Assembly (NCBI GenBank): GCA_023150535.1
Contig: JAKLKS010000001.1
Location: 8,269-72,268, forward strand
Direction: 5' to 3'
DNA: 64,000 bases
Source of the DNA: Planctomycetota bacterium
GTDB lineage: Bacteria; Planctomycetota; JAJSAM01; JAKLKS01
The translations under genes were made by a program, and so were the position numbers. Each line of letters starts with the position of its first letter. The first letter of the stretch is position 1. This document shows positions 26,582-35,133 of this stretch, in pieces. The notes under the pieces are model-generated. The model did no database searches, was not told where the DNA came from, and saw nothing but the letters and a program-made list of their open reading frames with translations.

Positions 26582-27223
26582 CTAGAACGGCACGTCGTCG
26601 AGGTCGAGGTCGGGCGGCGGCTCGTCCCCGGGCGGGGGCGACGTGGCCGGGGGAGCGCCAGGCTTCCCGGGGGCCGAACCGCGGGCGGGGGCGGGCGCCT
26701 TGGGGGCGGTTCCCGCGGTCCTCCGCGCGGCCGGCGCTCCCGCGGGGGCGGCGGTCCCCGCGGGAGGCCGGGCCCCCGCCTTCGGCGGAGCCACCCGCAT
26801 CAGGCGCTTCCGGAGGTCGGCGGCGAAGGCCTTCGCCTCCTCCGGCGCGAGGCGCTCGACACCCGCGCCGCCGGCGGCGTTCACGAACCGGACCTTCGTG
26901 TGGAACTGCCCCGACCCCTCGGGGTACTCCTCCTCCTCGAGGACGAGCACCACGGCACGGCCCTTGAGGACGTCGGTGTCGTCCAGCGAGAGGACGTCCC
27001 AGTTGTTCGCCTCGGGGTCCCACCCCATCGCTCGCAGGGCCTCGACCGTCCACGGGAGCGCCGCGTCGGTGAAGAAGTGGAAGGAGGTGACGAGCCGCCG
27101 CCTCCCCTCCTCGTCCTGGTACTCGAACGTCACCGCGAGCTGCTGCTTCCCGGTCCCGGCCACGCCGAGGACCGACTTCACGACCGTCGCGTCCACCTTC
27201 CACTGCCCGTCGCGGAGCGCCAT
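26582..27223 (-). CDS. SSB-like single-stranded DNA-binding protein (213 aa) with acidic C-terminal tail
   Basis: Start MALRDGQWKV at 27223 with GGAGGTG RBS; Pro/Ala-rich linker and terminal DLDLDDVPF mimicking SSB DDDIPF tail. Confidence 0.55.
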   Translation of the reverse strand: MALRDGQWKVDATVVKSVLGVAGTGKQQLAVTFEYQDEEGRRRLVTSFHFFTDAALPWTVEALRAMGWDPEANNWDVLSLDDTDVLKGRAVVLVLEEEEYPEGSGQFHTKVRFVNAAGGAGVERLAPEEAKAFAADLRKRLMRVAPPKAGARPPAGTAAPAGAPAARRTAGTAPKAPAPARGSAPGKPGAPPATSPPPGDEPPPDLDLDDVPF

Positions 27224-27225
27224 GG

Positions 27226-28236
27226 CTACTTCACCTCCGTGGTGGCGGCCTTGGCGCGGAGGCGATCCACGACCTTGGCCAGGTAGGCGGCGTTGTCCCG
27301 GTGCTTCACGAGGAGCGGCCTCGCCGCGGCGGCCGTCTCGGGGTCCACGCTCTTGAGGAGGCCCTCGGCCTCGGCGAGGAGGAGTGCGGGATCGGCGGGC
27401 CGGCGCGCCTCGCGCGCCTTCACGTACTCCTCCCACGAGAGCGCCAGCGTCTCGGGAAGCGAGTAGCGGTTCTTCGCGTCCCAGGCGGCGTTCCAGGAGG
27501 TGTGGAGGATGCGATTCCCGGTGGACCAGCCCTTCCCCCTCTTCAGGGATTCGGGCTCCTTCCCGCGGGCCTCGACCGACACGCCGGCCTCGTAGGTCGC
27601 GAAGAGCACCGCGTGGGCCCAGGCCTTCCAGAGCGCGGGCGCGAGGTCGCCCATGAGGTTGGGCTCCCAGCGCAGGTAGTCGGCGCCGGCGGGGTTGCGG
27701 AAGTTCTTGGTCCTGGCGTGCGCGATGACGACGGCCGCCATCCCGCGCTCGTCCTCGAGGCGGCGGAGCGCGTTGATGACCTTCCGCCACTCGTCGGGGG
27801 TGACCTTGAGCCCGCGGCCGTAGTCCCCGAAGTCCTCGACCGACCACCCGTTCCGCCGGCAGATCTCGTCCCGCAGGAGGCCGTCGAGCCAGTCCAGCGT
27901 GTCGATGACGACCGTGCGGTAGGGGTGGTCCTCGGCCCGGAGCATCTCGAGGGCGTCGAGCACATCCACCCACGCGCGGATCTCCGGCACGCAGTCCGGG
28001 ACCGGCGAGAGGTTGCGGACGCCGTCTTCGGCGGCGAGGAAGACCGGTGCCGCGGCGTCGGCGGCCATCGAGGACTTGCCAACTCCCTCGATTCCGTAGA
28101 GCAGGACCCGGTCGGGGCCGGGGGCAAGTCCCTTGCGGATGTTGGCGATGGTGAAGCGCTTCGTCCCCGCGGGACCACCGCTCGCCGCGGTCGGGGCGGC
28201 CGGGGCCGTCGCCGGCCGCGTCGTCGTGCGCGCCAT
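27226..28236 (-). CDS. AAA_24-family RecA-like ATPase (Sak4-like recombination mediator)
   Basis: Start MARTTTRP at 28236; Walker A LLYGIEGVGKSSMA, VVIDTLDWLD Walker B. Confidence 0.75.
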   Translation of the reverse strand: MARTTTRPATAPAAPTAASGGPAGTKRFTIANIRKGLAPGPDRVLLYGIEGVGKSSMAADAAAPVFLAAEDGVRNLSPVPDCVPEIRAWVDVLDALEMLRAEDHPYRTVVIDTLDWLDGLLRDEICRRNGWSVEDFGDYGRGLKVTPDEWRKVINALRRLEDERGMAAVVIAHARTKNFRNPAGADYLRWEPNLMGDLAPALWKAWAHAVLFATYEAGVSVEARGKEPESLKRGKGWSTGNRILHTSWNAAWDAKNRYSLPETLALSWEEYVKAREARRPADPALLLAEAEGLLKSVDPETAAAARPLLVKHRDNAAYLAKVVDRLRAKAATTEVK

Positions 28237-28238
28237 GG

Positions 28239-29252
28239 CTACACCTCCTGTGCCTGGAGTTCGGGGTTGACGTCCTGGATCTGTCCGTAGAGGGACGGGA
28301 GCGCCGCCGGCGACGACCCGGTCGAGCAGGCCTCCCAGTACGCGCACTGCCCGAAGCGGTGACATGCGTCGGGGTTCCGGGGCGCGTGGCCCATGCGCTC
28401 GGAGAGCCGCATCGCCGCGGCCTGCTGCCAGGCGTCCGACAGGAAGTCACGGATCTGGCTTTCGGTCCGCGGGATCAGCCGGCGCTGGAAGTAGCGGGCC
28501 GGGCTCTCCTCGATGGAAGACCGGACCCGCGTGCGGTACTCGTCCGGCGTCTCGTCAGCCTCGCGCTGCCCCGCGTAGAGGCCGCCGTCCTTGCGGTACT
28601 TCCGGTTCTCGGGAGGCGTGGCGAAGAGGGGGCGCAGGCCCGGGCGAAGCGCCACGTCGTAGAGCGTGTCCGTGACCTCGTGCCCGAGGGACTCCGCGCC
28701 GATGACGTAGGCCGAGATCTGGGCGTCCATCTGGAGCCTCGCCCAGTAGGCCGCGGCCGGATCATCCATCGCTTCGGAGGTCGTCTTGTGCTCGCAGACC
28801 AGCACCCGGCCGTCGAGCCGGCGCCGGAGGAGGAGGTCCACCTTCCCGGCGAGGCGCCACGTCGCCGACGACCTCCAGGTCTCCGGGTTGAGGAGGGGGG
28901 CCTCGAAGGGGACCTCGACGCCGAGGACCTCGTACTGGACTGCGTCCACGGCCCAGGCGGTGTCGTAGCCTCGGAGGACCTCCTCGACCTTCGCCTGCTC
29001 GTAGGCGTCCCCGGCGCGGCCAGCTACGGCGGCGAGCGCATCGCCAAGGGCCAGGGCGGGCTCTCCGCGGCGCCACGCGCGCCACCAGGCTTCCAGTCCC
29101 CGGTGGACGAGCGTGCCGAACCGCAGCGCCTCCGACTCCCTGACCGCCCGCCAGCGCTCGATGTACTTCAGGTGGTGGAGCCGGGGACACTCCCGGTAGG
29201 CGCGAAGCCGGGACTGCGTGAGCAGGACTCGCCCCCCATCCGGCTGGCGCAT
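28239..29252 (-). CDS. PD-(D/E)xK exonuclease, Cas4/RecB-like with C-terminal Fe-S Cys cluster
   Basis: ..VLVCEHKTT.. and C-terminal CHRFGQCAYWEAC. Confidence 0.75.
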   Translation of the reverse strand: MRQPDGGRVLLTQSRLRAYRECPRLHHLKYIERWRAVRESEALRFGTLVHRGLEAWWRAWRRGEPALALGDALAAVAGRAGDAYEQAKVEEVLRGYDTAWAVDAVQYEVLGVEVPFEAPLLNPETWRSSATWRLAGKVDLLLRRRLDGRVLVCEHKTTSEAMDDPAAAYWARLQMDAQISAYVIGAESLGHEVTDTLYDVALRPGLRPLFATPPENRKYRKDGGLYAGQREADETPDEYRTRVRSSIEESPARYFQRRLIPRTESQIRDFLSDAWQQAAAMRLSERMGHAPRNPDACHRFGQCAYWEACSTGSSPAALPSLYGQIQDVNPELQAQEV

Positions 29253-29254
29253 GG

Positions 29255-29740
29255 TTACCTCTCCCCCTTCCGTTCGCCACCGTCCTGGAGTCGGAGGTCG
29301 ATGCCCTGGAGGTCGACCCCGGGTTCGAAGGTCCGCGTGCGATCCCGGCTGCGGTCGAGTCCCCGCTTGAGGCCGCGGTGGGTCCGCTGGCGGAGCGCGG
29401 CGCAGACCTCACACCGTCTCGGCGTCCCACGGGTGGTCCGCCCCGTGTCCTGGCCGCAGGTGGGGCAGTAGTAGGGCGTCGTCACGAGGCGTAGGCGCTC
29501 CGCCTTCCGGCGCGAGACCTCCTCGGCGCGGCCGAGCGCGGAAGCGACGGCCTCCTCGATCGATGCCCCGCGACCAACGGTGCGCCAGCGGCGAGGGGCG
29601 ACCTGCGCGTTGACGCAGACCGAGGGGCGCTCCCCGCTCCACCGCGCCACCTGGAGGATGCCCCAGTACTTCCGCAGCGGCTGGAGGGCCTCGATGTCCC
29701 CCGGGCGGAAGGTCCGATCCGGAACGCAGTGGGGGGTCAC
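29255..29740 (-). CDS. Hypothetical zinc-ribbon protein (161 aa)
   Basis: YYCPTCG...RRCEVC. Confidence 0.5.
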   Translation of the reverse strand: MTPHCVPDRTFRPGDIEALQPLRKYWGILQVARWSGERPSVCVNAQVAPRRWRTVGRGASIEEAVASALGRAEEVSRRKAERLRLVTTPYYCPTCGQDTGRTTRGTPRRCEVCAALRQRTHRGLKRGLDRSRDRTRTFEPGVDLQGIDLRLQDGGERKGER

Positions 29741-29877
29741 AGGGCGCCCCCGAGAAGGGCGAGGAGCGCCAGCGCGAAGATGGCCACGGCGGCGACCCGG
29801 GCGGAGGTCTCGAGCTCGGCGGAGCTTCGACCCTGGCCGCCGACGACGAGGGGCCGGGACTCGCGAGGGTCGGTCAC
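29737..29877 (-). CDS. Possible small membrane protein (46 aa, GTG start)
   Basis: C-terminal hydrophobic helix AAVAIFALALLALLGGAL; GTGA overlap with upstream stop. Confidence 0.3.
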   Translation of the reverse strand: MTDPRESRPLVVGGQGRSSAELETSARVAAVAIFALALLALLGGAL

Positions 29878-30161
29878 GAGCGTGCCCCCTTCGCAGCCCC
29901 CGTCTCGGCGTCTCGGCGAAGGCGCGCCAGGAACTCCTCCACGGCCGGGTGCGGCACCGCCCCCCGGGGCTCCAGGGGGCGGGAGGGGCGCTCCGGCGCC
30001 CCGATGGCGGCCAGGATCCGGCGCCGGAGGGCGTCGAGGTTTCGCATCAGCCGCCATACGAACTCGTCGTCCACCGGGTGGGCGGCCACCAGGCCCCCGA
30101 TGAGGAGCGCCTCCTCCTCGAAGACCTCACGGATGAGCGCCTGGACTTCCTCGCGATCCAT
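29874..30161 (-). CDS. Hypothetical phage protein (95 aa)
   Basis: Start MDREEVQALIREVFEEE at 30161 with GGGAGGT RBS. Confidence 0.5.
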   Translation of the reverse strand: MDREEVQALIREVFEEEALLIGGLVAAHPVDDEFVWRLMRNLDALRRRILAAIGAPERPSRPLEPRGAVPHPAVEEFLARLRRDAETGAAKGARS

Positions 30162-30268
30162 GGCCTGCGGACCTCCCGAAGGCGGCTTCCCTCGCAACCG
30201 GCCGGGTTCCCGGCACCTGAAGGAAGAATGTGGTGGTCCAAGTGGCCGCGGGACACGGGGCCGCGGAA

Positions 30269-31066
30269 TCACGGCTCCACCTGGGGGCCGAGGAGGCGCC
30301 GAAGGACCGCCTCCGCCCGCTGGCGGCGCTTCTTGGCCATCTCGTAGGCGACTCCGCGCAACTCTGCGAGCGCCTTGAGGTTCTGGCCGTAGAGGCGGGT
30401 GGCCACGATGAGGTGCCGGTCGAGGTCGGAGATGAGCCCTTCCGCGACGGCCCGCTCGCAGGCCCGGGCGAGCGCCTGGGCGAAGGCCCCCCTGCGGGCC
30501 GCGGTCTCCGCCTCCTCCGCGAGTGCGGCCGGGTCCAGAGAGGAGGAGGAGACGGCGACCTCCCCCGTCCGCTCGGCTGCCCGAAGGAGCCCCGCCACGG
30601 CCTGCTGCTCCTTCGCCCTGTCCGCCTCGACATCCCCCAGGCGATGGAGCGTGTCGAGCTTGAGGTTCTGGGCGACGCGGGAGGTCCGCCGCGCCACGGG
30701 GAAGCGCCAGGCCGTCTCCAGGAAGGCCCAGTAGACCTCGGCCCAGAGCTCCTCCGGCTCCCGGGCCGGCCCCCGCTTCGAACGCGCAATGGCCGCAAGC
30801 CCAGGCCAGAGGGCGAGGAGAAGGAGCGCCCCGACACCGGGGCGCTGCGGGCCACCGGCCTGGAAGGTCCGCAGGAGTGCGCAGAGGGCGGCGTCCTTCC
30901 TCGCGTACTCCTCCGAGGGTGCGTGGAGGAACTCGAGGAGCGCCGCCGACGTCGGGAACGGCGCGAGACCCTCGTCGCACCGGAGCGACTGCTCGAAGAA
31001 CGACTGGAACGCCTCCCCGGAGACCTCGCGCTGGAGGTCCCCCGGGATCCCGTGGGAGAGAGGCAC
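30269..31066 (-). CDS. Sigma-70-family-like phage transcription factor (265 aa)
   Basis: C-terminal ISDLDRHLIVATRLYGQNLKALAELRGVAYEMAKKRRQRAEAVLRRLL resembles sigma region 4; region-2-like ELWAEVYWAFLETAWRF. Confidence 0.55.
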   Translation of the reverse strand: MPLSHGIPGDLQREVSGEAFQSFFEQSLRCDEGLAPFPTSAALLEFLHAPSEEYARKDAALCALLRTFQAGGPQRPGVGALLLLALWPGLAAIARSKRGPAREPEELWAEVYWAFLETAWRFPVARRTSRVAQNLKLDTLHRLGDVEADRAKEQQAVAGLLRAAERTGEVAVSSSSLDPAALAEEAETAARRGAFAQALARACERAVAEGLISDLDRHLIVATRLYGQNLKALAELRGVAYEMAKKRRQRAEAVLRRLLGPQVEP

Positions 31067-31159
31067 GGACGCCTGGCCTTTCCGGCCGGGCGTCGGGCGC
31101 CTCTACTGGCCGCTCAGGGCGTCAAGCGCCTCTCGGTGGTTGGTAGTGCAGCTACGGCG

Positions 31160-31390
31160 TCAAGGAACCGGCGGCGACGGACCGCTCGCGGCGGCCGGCG
31201 CCGTGCGCGTGGGGGGATGGTCGTTCGCGAGGCCGCACTTGCGGCAGATGGCGATGGCCTCGCCGAGGACCACGTACTGTGCTTTCTTGTGGCGGAGGTA
31301 GAGGCGCCCTCGGCGTTCCACGCCGAGAAGCGCATCACAGCCGGTGCAGCGCCACTCGCGCGGGTCTAGGTTGGCGCGAGGACCTCGCGC
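31160..31390 (-). CDS. Mu Com-like zinc-finger protein (start uncertain)
   Basis: WRCTGCDALLGVERRGRLYLRHKKAQYVVLGEAIAICRKCG resembles Com translational regulator. Confidence 0.4.
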   Translation of the reverse strand, partial: ARGPRANLDPREWRCTGCDALLGVERRGRLYLRHKKAQYVVLGEAIAICRKCGLANDHPPTRTAPAAASGPSPPVP

Positions 31391-32613
31391 CAAGTCCGGA
31401 GCGCCGCAACCTTCACGAGGGCGTTGTCCCCGAACTTCCCCGCGGTCGTGGTGAGCGCGGTCAGACACGAGTCCACACCCCGGTCGAGGAGAGCCTTCGC
31501 CTCCGCCTGGCGGGCGTAGAGGAAGTGACTCTCGCAGTGCCCGTCCTCGCCCATCGCTGCGAATCGATCGATGTTGGAGCCGTAGACATCCCGGCACGCC
31601 TTGCAGGGGCACCGCAGGGACCCGTGCTCACGCAGCAGCCGCTCCGCGTTCGCGAGCTCCATCGAGCGGTGGAGCGCTGGGACGTAGAACTTCGGCTTCG
31701 GTGCTCCGCCTCCAGGTCCAAACGCATAGGCGTTCTTCCAGGCTCCTTGCCCAAGTCCGCACGTGAATCCGGTCAATCCTTGGGCGAAGAGGAGCATCGA
31801 GAAGTAACCGCCGTAGAGCTTGAACACCTGGCGGCCACCTGAGGAGAGGCCGCGCACGAGCCGGACGAGCCCCCGCAGATGCTCGGCCGGCGCTGCGTCC
31901 TCGGGGAGGTCGTTCACCCACAGGAGGCAGGCGTCGAATGCCCGGGCACGGTAGTCCGCCACGATCCGATCCACGACAGCCTCGTCCTCGAGCGCAACGG
32001 CATCGAGGTGGATCACCGGGGCGATCCGTTCTCCCTTCTCGCGAACCGAGAGCGCCCGCTCAGCGAGGCGGAGATCGAGGTCGTACCAGGGGTCTTCCAC
32101 GTTGCGGAATGGGAAGTAGGGCGGCACGAGAAAGGCCGGTCCCGCCGGAGGTGGGGAGGACGATGCGGGAGCGGAGTCCCCGTAGAGGGCGTACTTCGCG
32201 TAGTAGGGCTCGAGCGGGAGGTTCATCTGGCCCAGGAACTTTGCCTTCTGGTGGGTGAGTACCCTCCGCACGGCGTCGTCGGTGGCGTTCCCCTTCTCCG
32301 GGAAGTCGGCAGGGACGAGGGCGCGGCGTCCCAGTGCAACCTCGAACGGTGCGCCGAAGCCTTTCGCAAGCCGCAAGAGCCACGGACGGACGGCCTTCTT
32401 GTCCGCATCGCACAGCCGCTCCGGCCGTAGCACGAAGAAGTACGTGGTGGGATCCGCAATGAAAGGCTTGTCCGTCTCGAGGACGAAGTTCGCCACGTGG
32501 TCGACGACCGTTACAGGGACGTGGAGGCCGTGGTAGAAGCCGTCCGCGGCACGGAGGAGGCGCTTGTGTCCTCCTTGCGGTCGAAGGAGCATCAGCGGCC
32601 CCAGCGGCTTCAT
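31366..32613 (-). CDS. tRNA-guanine transglycosylase (TGT)/DpdA-like protein, 415 aa
   Basis: C-terminal zinc site RCPCKACRDVYGS...HFLY matches TGT CxCxxCR(N/D)Y...H motif; Gly-rich LGQGAWKN segment. Confidence 0.55.
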   Translation of the reverse strand: MKPLGPLMLLRPQGGHKRLLRAADGFYHGLHVPVTVVDHVANFVLETDKPFIADPTTYFFVLRPERLCDADKKAVRPWLLRLAKGFGAPFEVALGRRALVPADFPEKGNATDDAVRRVLTHQKAKFLGQMNLPLEPYYAKYALYGDSAPASSSPPPAGPAFLVPPYFPFRNVEDPWYDLDLRLAERALSVREKGERIAPVIHLDAVALEDEAVVDRIVADYRARAFDACLLWVNDLPEDAAPAEHLRGLVRLVRGLSSGGRQVFKLYGGYFSMLLFAQGLTGFTCGLGQGAWKNAYAFGPGGGAPKPKFYVPALHRSMELANAERLLREHGSLRCPCKACRDVYGSNIDRFAAMGEDGHCESHFLYARQAEAKALLDRGVDSCLTALTTTAGKFGDNALVKVAALRTWREVLAPT

Positions 32614-32646
32614 CGACGCCTCCCTGCACCACGGATGCCTACGAGA

Positions 32647-33081
32647 TCACTCGAACGCTCCGCGAAGCTGATGCGCGTGCCGCCGGTTGAGGAACGACTG
32701 CCTCCTCGGAGCCGCGACGACCCGCGCCTCGCGTCGCCCCCTCGGGCCCTCGGCCACTTCTATGACGCCAAGGCCGTGGCTCTGGATGACGGCGACCCGT
32801 TCGGCATCGAGGTGGCGGTGCCAGAGCGCCACATAGACCCGGTGCGCGCCGAGCTGGTACACGGCCGCCTGGAGGAGGGCCTTCCGCCACTTGCTCACTT
32901 TGAGCTCGACGGCCACGAGGCGGCGGGTCTCCCGGTCGAGGAACAGCATGTCGATGCTCTTTCCGTGGAAGGAGACCTCTGTACGGAGCGCGAACCGCCG
33001 CGCCGGGAACAGCTTCCGTAGCGGCGCGCGGAGCGAGCGCTCCGCAACGACTGCCCGGGCGGGGTCCCCTCGGCGCTTCAC
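32647..33081 (-). CDS. Small PD-(D/E)xK nuclease (Mrr-cat-like), 144 aa
   Basis: SIDMLFLDRETRRLVAVELKVSKW = D...ExK restriction-endonuclease-like core. Confidence 0.55.
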   Translation of the reverse strand: MKRRGDPARAVVAERSLRAPLRKLFPARRFALRTEVSFHGKSIDMLFLDRETRRLVAVELKVSKWRKALLQAAVYQLGAHRVYVALWHRHLDAERVAVIQSHGLGVIEVAEGPRGRREARVVAAPRRQSFLNRRHAHQLRGAFE

Positions 33082-33899
33082 TCGTCCTCGCCGAGGACTC
33101 GGCGGCGGATCTTCGACTTGGTCGTGAGGGCGGGGTAGCGCTCGTAGACGAGACGGACCAGGTCCTTGAGAGGAAGCGAGCCGTACTTCGAGCTCACGTC
33201 GCGCACCCCGGCCAAGATGGCGGGATCCCGAGCTTCAGCGCTCCTGGCCAGCGACTCGGCAACCCTCTTCCCCTTGGCCGTCAGCCGGAAGGTGTACTCG
33301 ACCTCCTTCGAACCGCGGACGAGGTCCACATCGTCGTCCTGCTGTCGGCCCCGGCGTGGGGGCCGGACGGCCTCGAGAACGCCCGCCCGCCGGAGCCCCG
33401 CGATGTCGTCGTAGACCGCCTTGTCGAAGGGACCGTAGTCGTAGGCGACGTGCTGGTAGTAGTCCGGGACGAACCGCTTGGCCATCCCCTCCTCGCCGAC
33501 GAGGAGGAGCATCTTGACGGCCTGCGTGAAGCCGCGGATCTCGTTCATCACGTAGAGGAGGAGGACGAGGAAGTCCGTGCGCTGGCTCACCGGGATCGGG
33601 GGAAGGGCGGGCGAGCCCTCGGCCACACCTTCCGGCACCGTGTCCTGCCCTGGTCCCGCGAGGAACCTCGCCCGCACCGCGGCGAAGCCGGAGCGCGCCC
33701 CCTCGCTCACGATGAGATCCCGCGTCTCGTCCCTCACCTGAACCGCCGCCTCGAGGAGCGGGCGAAGCTCCGAGGCCAGGGCGGGGTAGTTCCGGAGGAA
33801 AGCTCCCACCGAAGGACCCTTCCCGGAGTTCAGTCGGTCAACGAAGTCCGAGATGGCGTCCGCGAGAGCCCCCTCTTTCCGATCGTCACTCCCCATCAT
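33078..33899 (-). CDS. Hypothetical protein, possible anti-sigma factor or Panacea-like antitoxin (273 aa)
   Basis: Translationally coupled downstream of ECF sigma and upstream of nuclease; helical N-terminus; wHTH-like C-terminus. Confidence 0.55.
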   Translation of the reverse strand: MMGSDDRKEGALADAISDFVDRLNSGKGPSVGAFLRNYPALASELRPLLEAAVQVRDETRDLIVSEGARSGFAAVRARFLAGPGQDTVPEGVAEGSPALPPIPVSQRTDFLVLLLYVMNEIRGFTQAVKMLLLVGEEGMAKRFVPDYYQHVAYDYGPFDKAVYDDIAGLRRAGVLEAVRPPRRGRQQDDDVDLVRGSKEVEYTFRLTAKGKRVAESLARSAEARDPAILAGVRDVSSKYGSLPLKDLVRLVYERYPALTTKSKIRRRVLGEDE

Positions 33900-34521
33900 G
33901 GCCAGCTGCCCCCTTCCTGGTCAGGAGGTCCGCGAAGTAGGAGCCGGGCGCACCTCCTCTCTCGGCGAGGCCGCGGAGAGTGCGCGCATGGAGCATCTTC
34001 ACGGCCCCTTCCGACTTCCCCATGAGCACGGCGGTCTCCGCGACGCTCAGGCCGTTCAGGTTGCGGTGCACCACAACCTCCCTCTGAGCCTCCGGGAGTT
34101 TGGCGAGAAGATCGACCAGGTGGTAACGGCGTTCCTCGGCCAGAAGCCCTGCGGCGGGGCCAGTTCGGGGGGAGTCATGGGGATCCGCAACGCCTTCCAG
34201 GACCTCCGGATCGTTCACCGCCCCATTGGGGGGACTCCGACTGGCCTCCCGGCGCCGGTGATCGACGGCAGCATGCCGTGCGAGCGTGATGAGCCAGGTC
34301 CGGAGGCGGCAGTCTCCCCGGAAGGTCCCGATGGACCTGAATGCCCGCAGGAACGCGTCCTGGGTGATGTCCTCGGCGTCGTGGAAGGCTCTCCCCTTCA
34401 GAATGGCGATGGCCACGAACCCGAACACGGCCTCGTAGTGGGAATCCCAGAGGCGCCGCTGCGCCTCCGGGCAGCCAGTCTTGAGCCCTTGGATCAGGTC
34501 GATCTCGTCGCCGTCCGACAC
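33886..34521 (-). CDS. ECF-type RNA polymerase sigma factor (sigma-24 family)
   Basis: Region 2 ...DAEDITQDAFLRAFRSIGTFRG... and region 4 LNGLSVAETAVLMGKSEGAVKMLHARTLRGL. Confidence 0.85.
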   Translation of the reverse strand: MSDGDEIDLIQGLKTGCPEAQRRLWDSHYEAVFGFVAIAILKGRAFHDAEDITQDAFLRAFRSIGTFRGDCRLRTWLITLARHAAVDHRRREASRSPPNGAVNDPEVLEGVADPHDSPRTGPAAGLLAEERRYHLVDLLAKLPEAQREVVVHRNLNGLSVAETAVLMGKSEGAVKMLHARTLRGLAERGGAPGSYFADLLTRKGAAGHDGE

Positions 34522-34788
34522 CCGTTACCTCTCGGACCCACCGTCTTCCTTCGGCTTCGGCAACGCCTACAGGTTCGGCGCAGGGCCGGCCCCCGAGGTA
34601 ACGGAGGAATCCCGGGAGGTGTCGCGCCGCGCCTCACCCCGCCTCTCTCCCGGAGGCGACCGCCACAACAGGGGATTGTAGCAGAGGTTGCATCGAAGGA
34701 GACCCACGAGCCGGCTCCCTGACCTGTCCCGCGTGGCTCCCGCCCGGCACATTCTTCATGCGGACGGTTATCCGACGGAGGGACTGCC

Positions 34789-35133
34789 GTGCGGCCCAGC
34801 GACGCGCTCCCGGCGGAGGCTTCTGAGCCTCGTCGCCACCTCCTCCCCGGCGACCTCCTGTCCGTGGCCCAGGCGCTCGAGCTCCTCCCCGTGGGCCGGG
34901 CGACGCTTTACCGGCTCCTCGCGGAGCAGGCGATCCCCTCCATCCGGGTGGCCACCCTGGGGTCGCGGAGGGGGCGGGTGCTCATCGTGCGGGGCGGCCT
35001 TGAGCGCTTCGTGGCCTCGCTCCTCGGGCCCCCCGAGGAGCGCCGCGTGAGTCCCCGTCCCCTCGACGTGAACGCGCTCCGCGACCGCATCGTCGGGGCG
35101 GGCGCTGTCCGTGCCCGCTTGGAGGCTCGCTGA
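34789..35133 (+). CDS. Excisionase-family HTH DNA-binding protein
   Basis: LLSVAQALELLPVGRATLYRLLAEQAIPSIRV HTH; GTG start with GGAGGG RBS; directly upstream of integrase. Confidence 0.6.
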   Translation: MRPSDALPAEASEPRRHLLPGDLLSVAQALELLPVGRATLYRLLAEQAIPSIRVATLGSRRGRVLIVRGGLERFVASLLGPPEERRVSPRPLDVNALRDRIVGAGAVRARLEAR

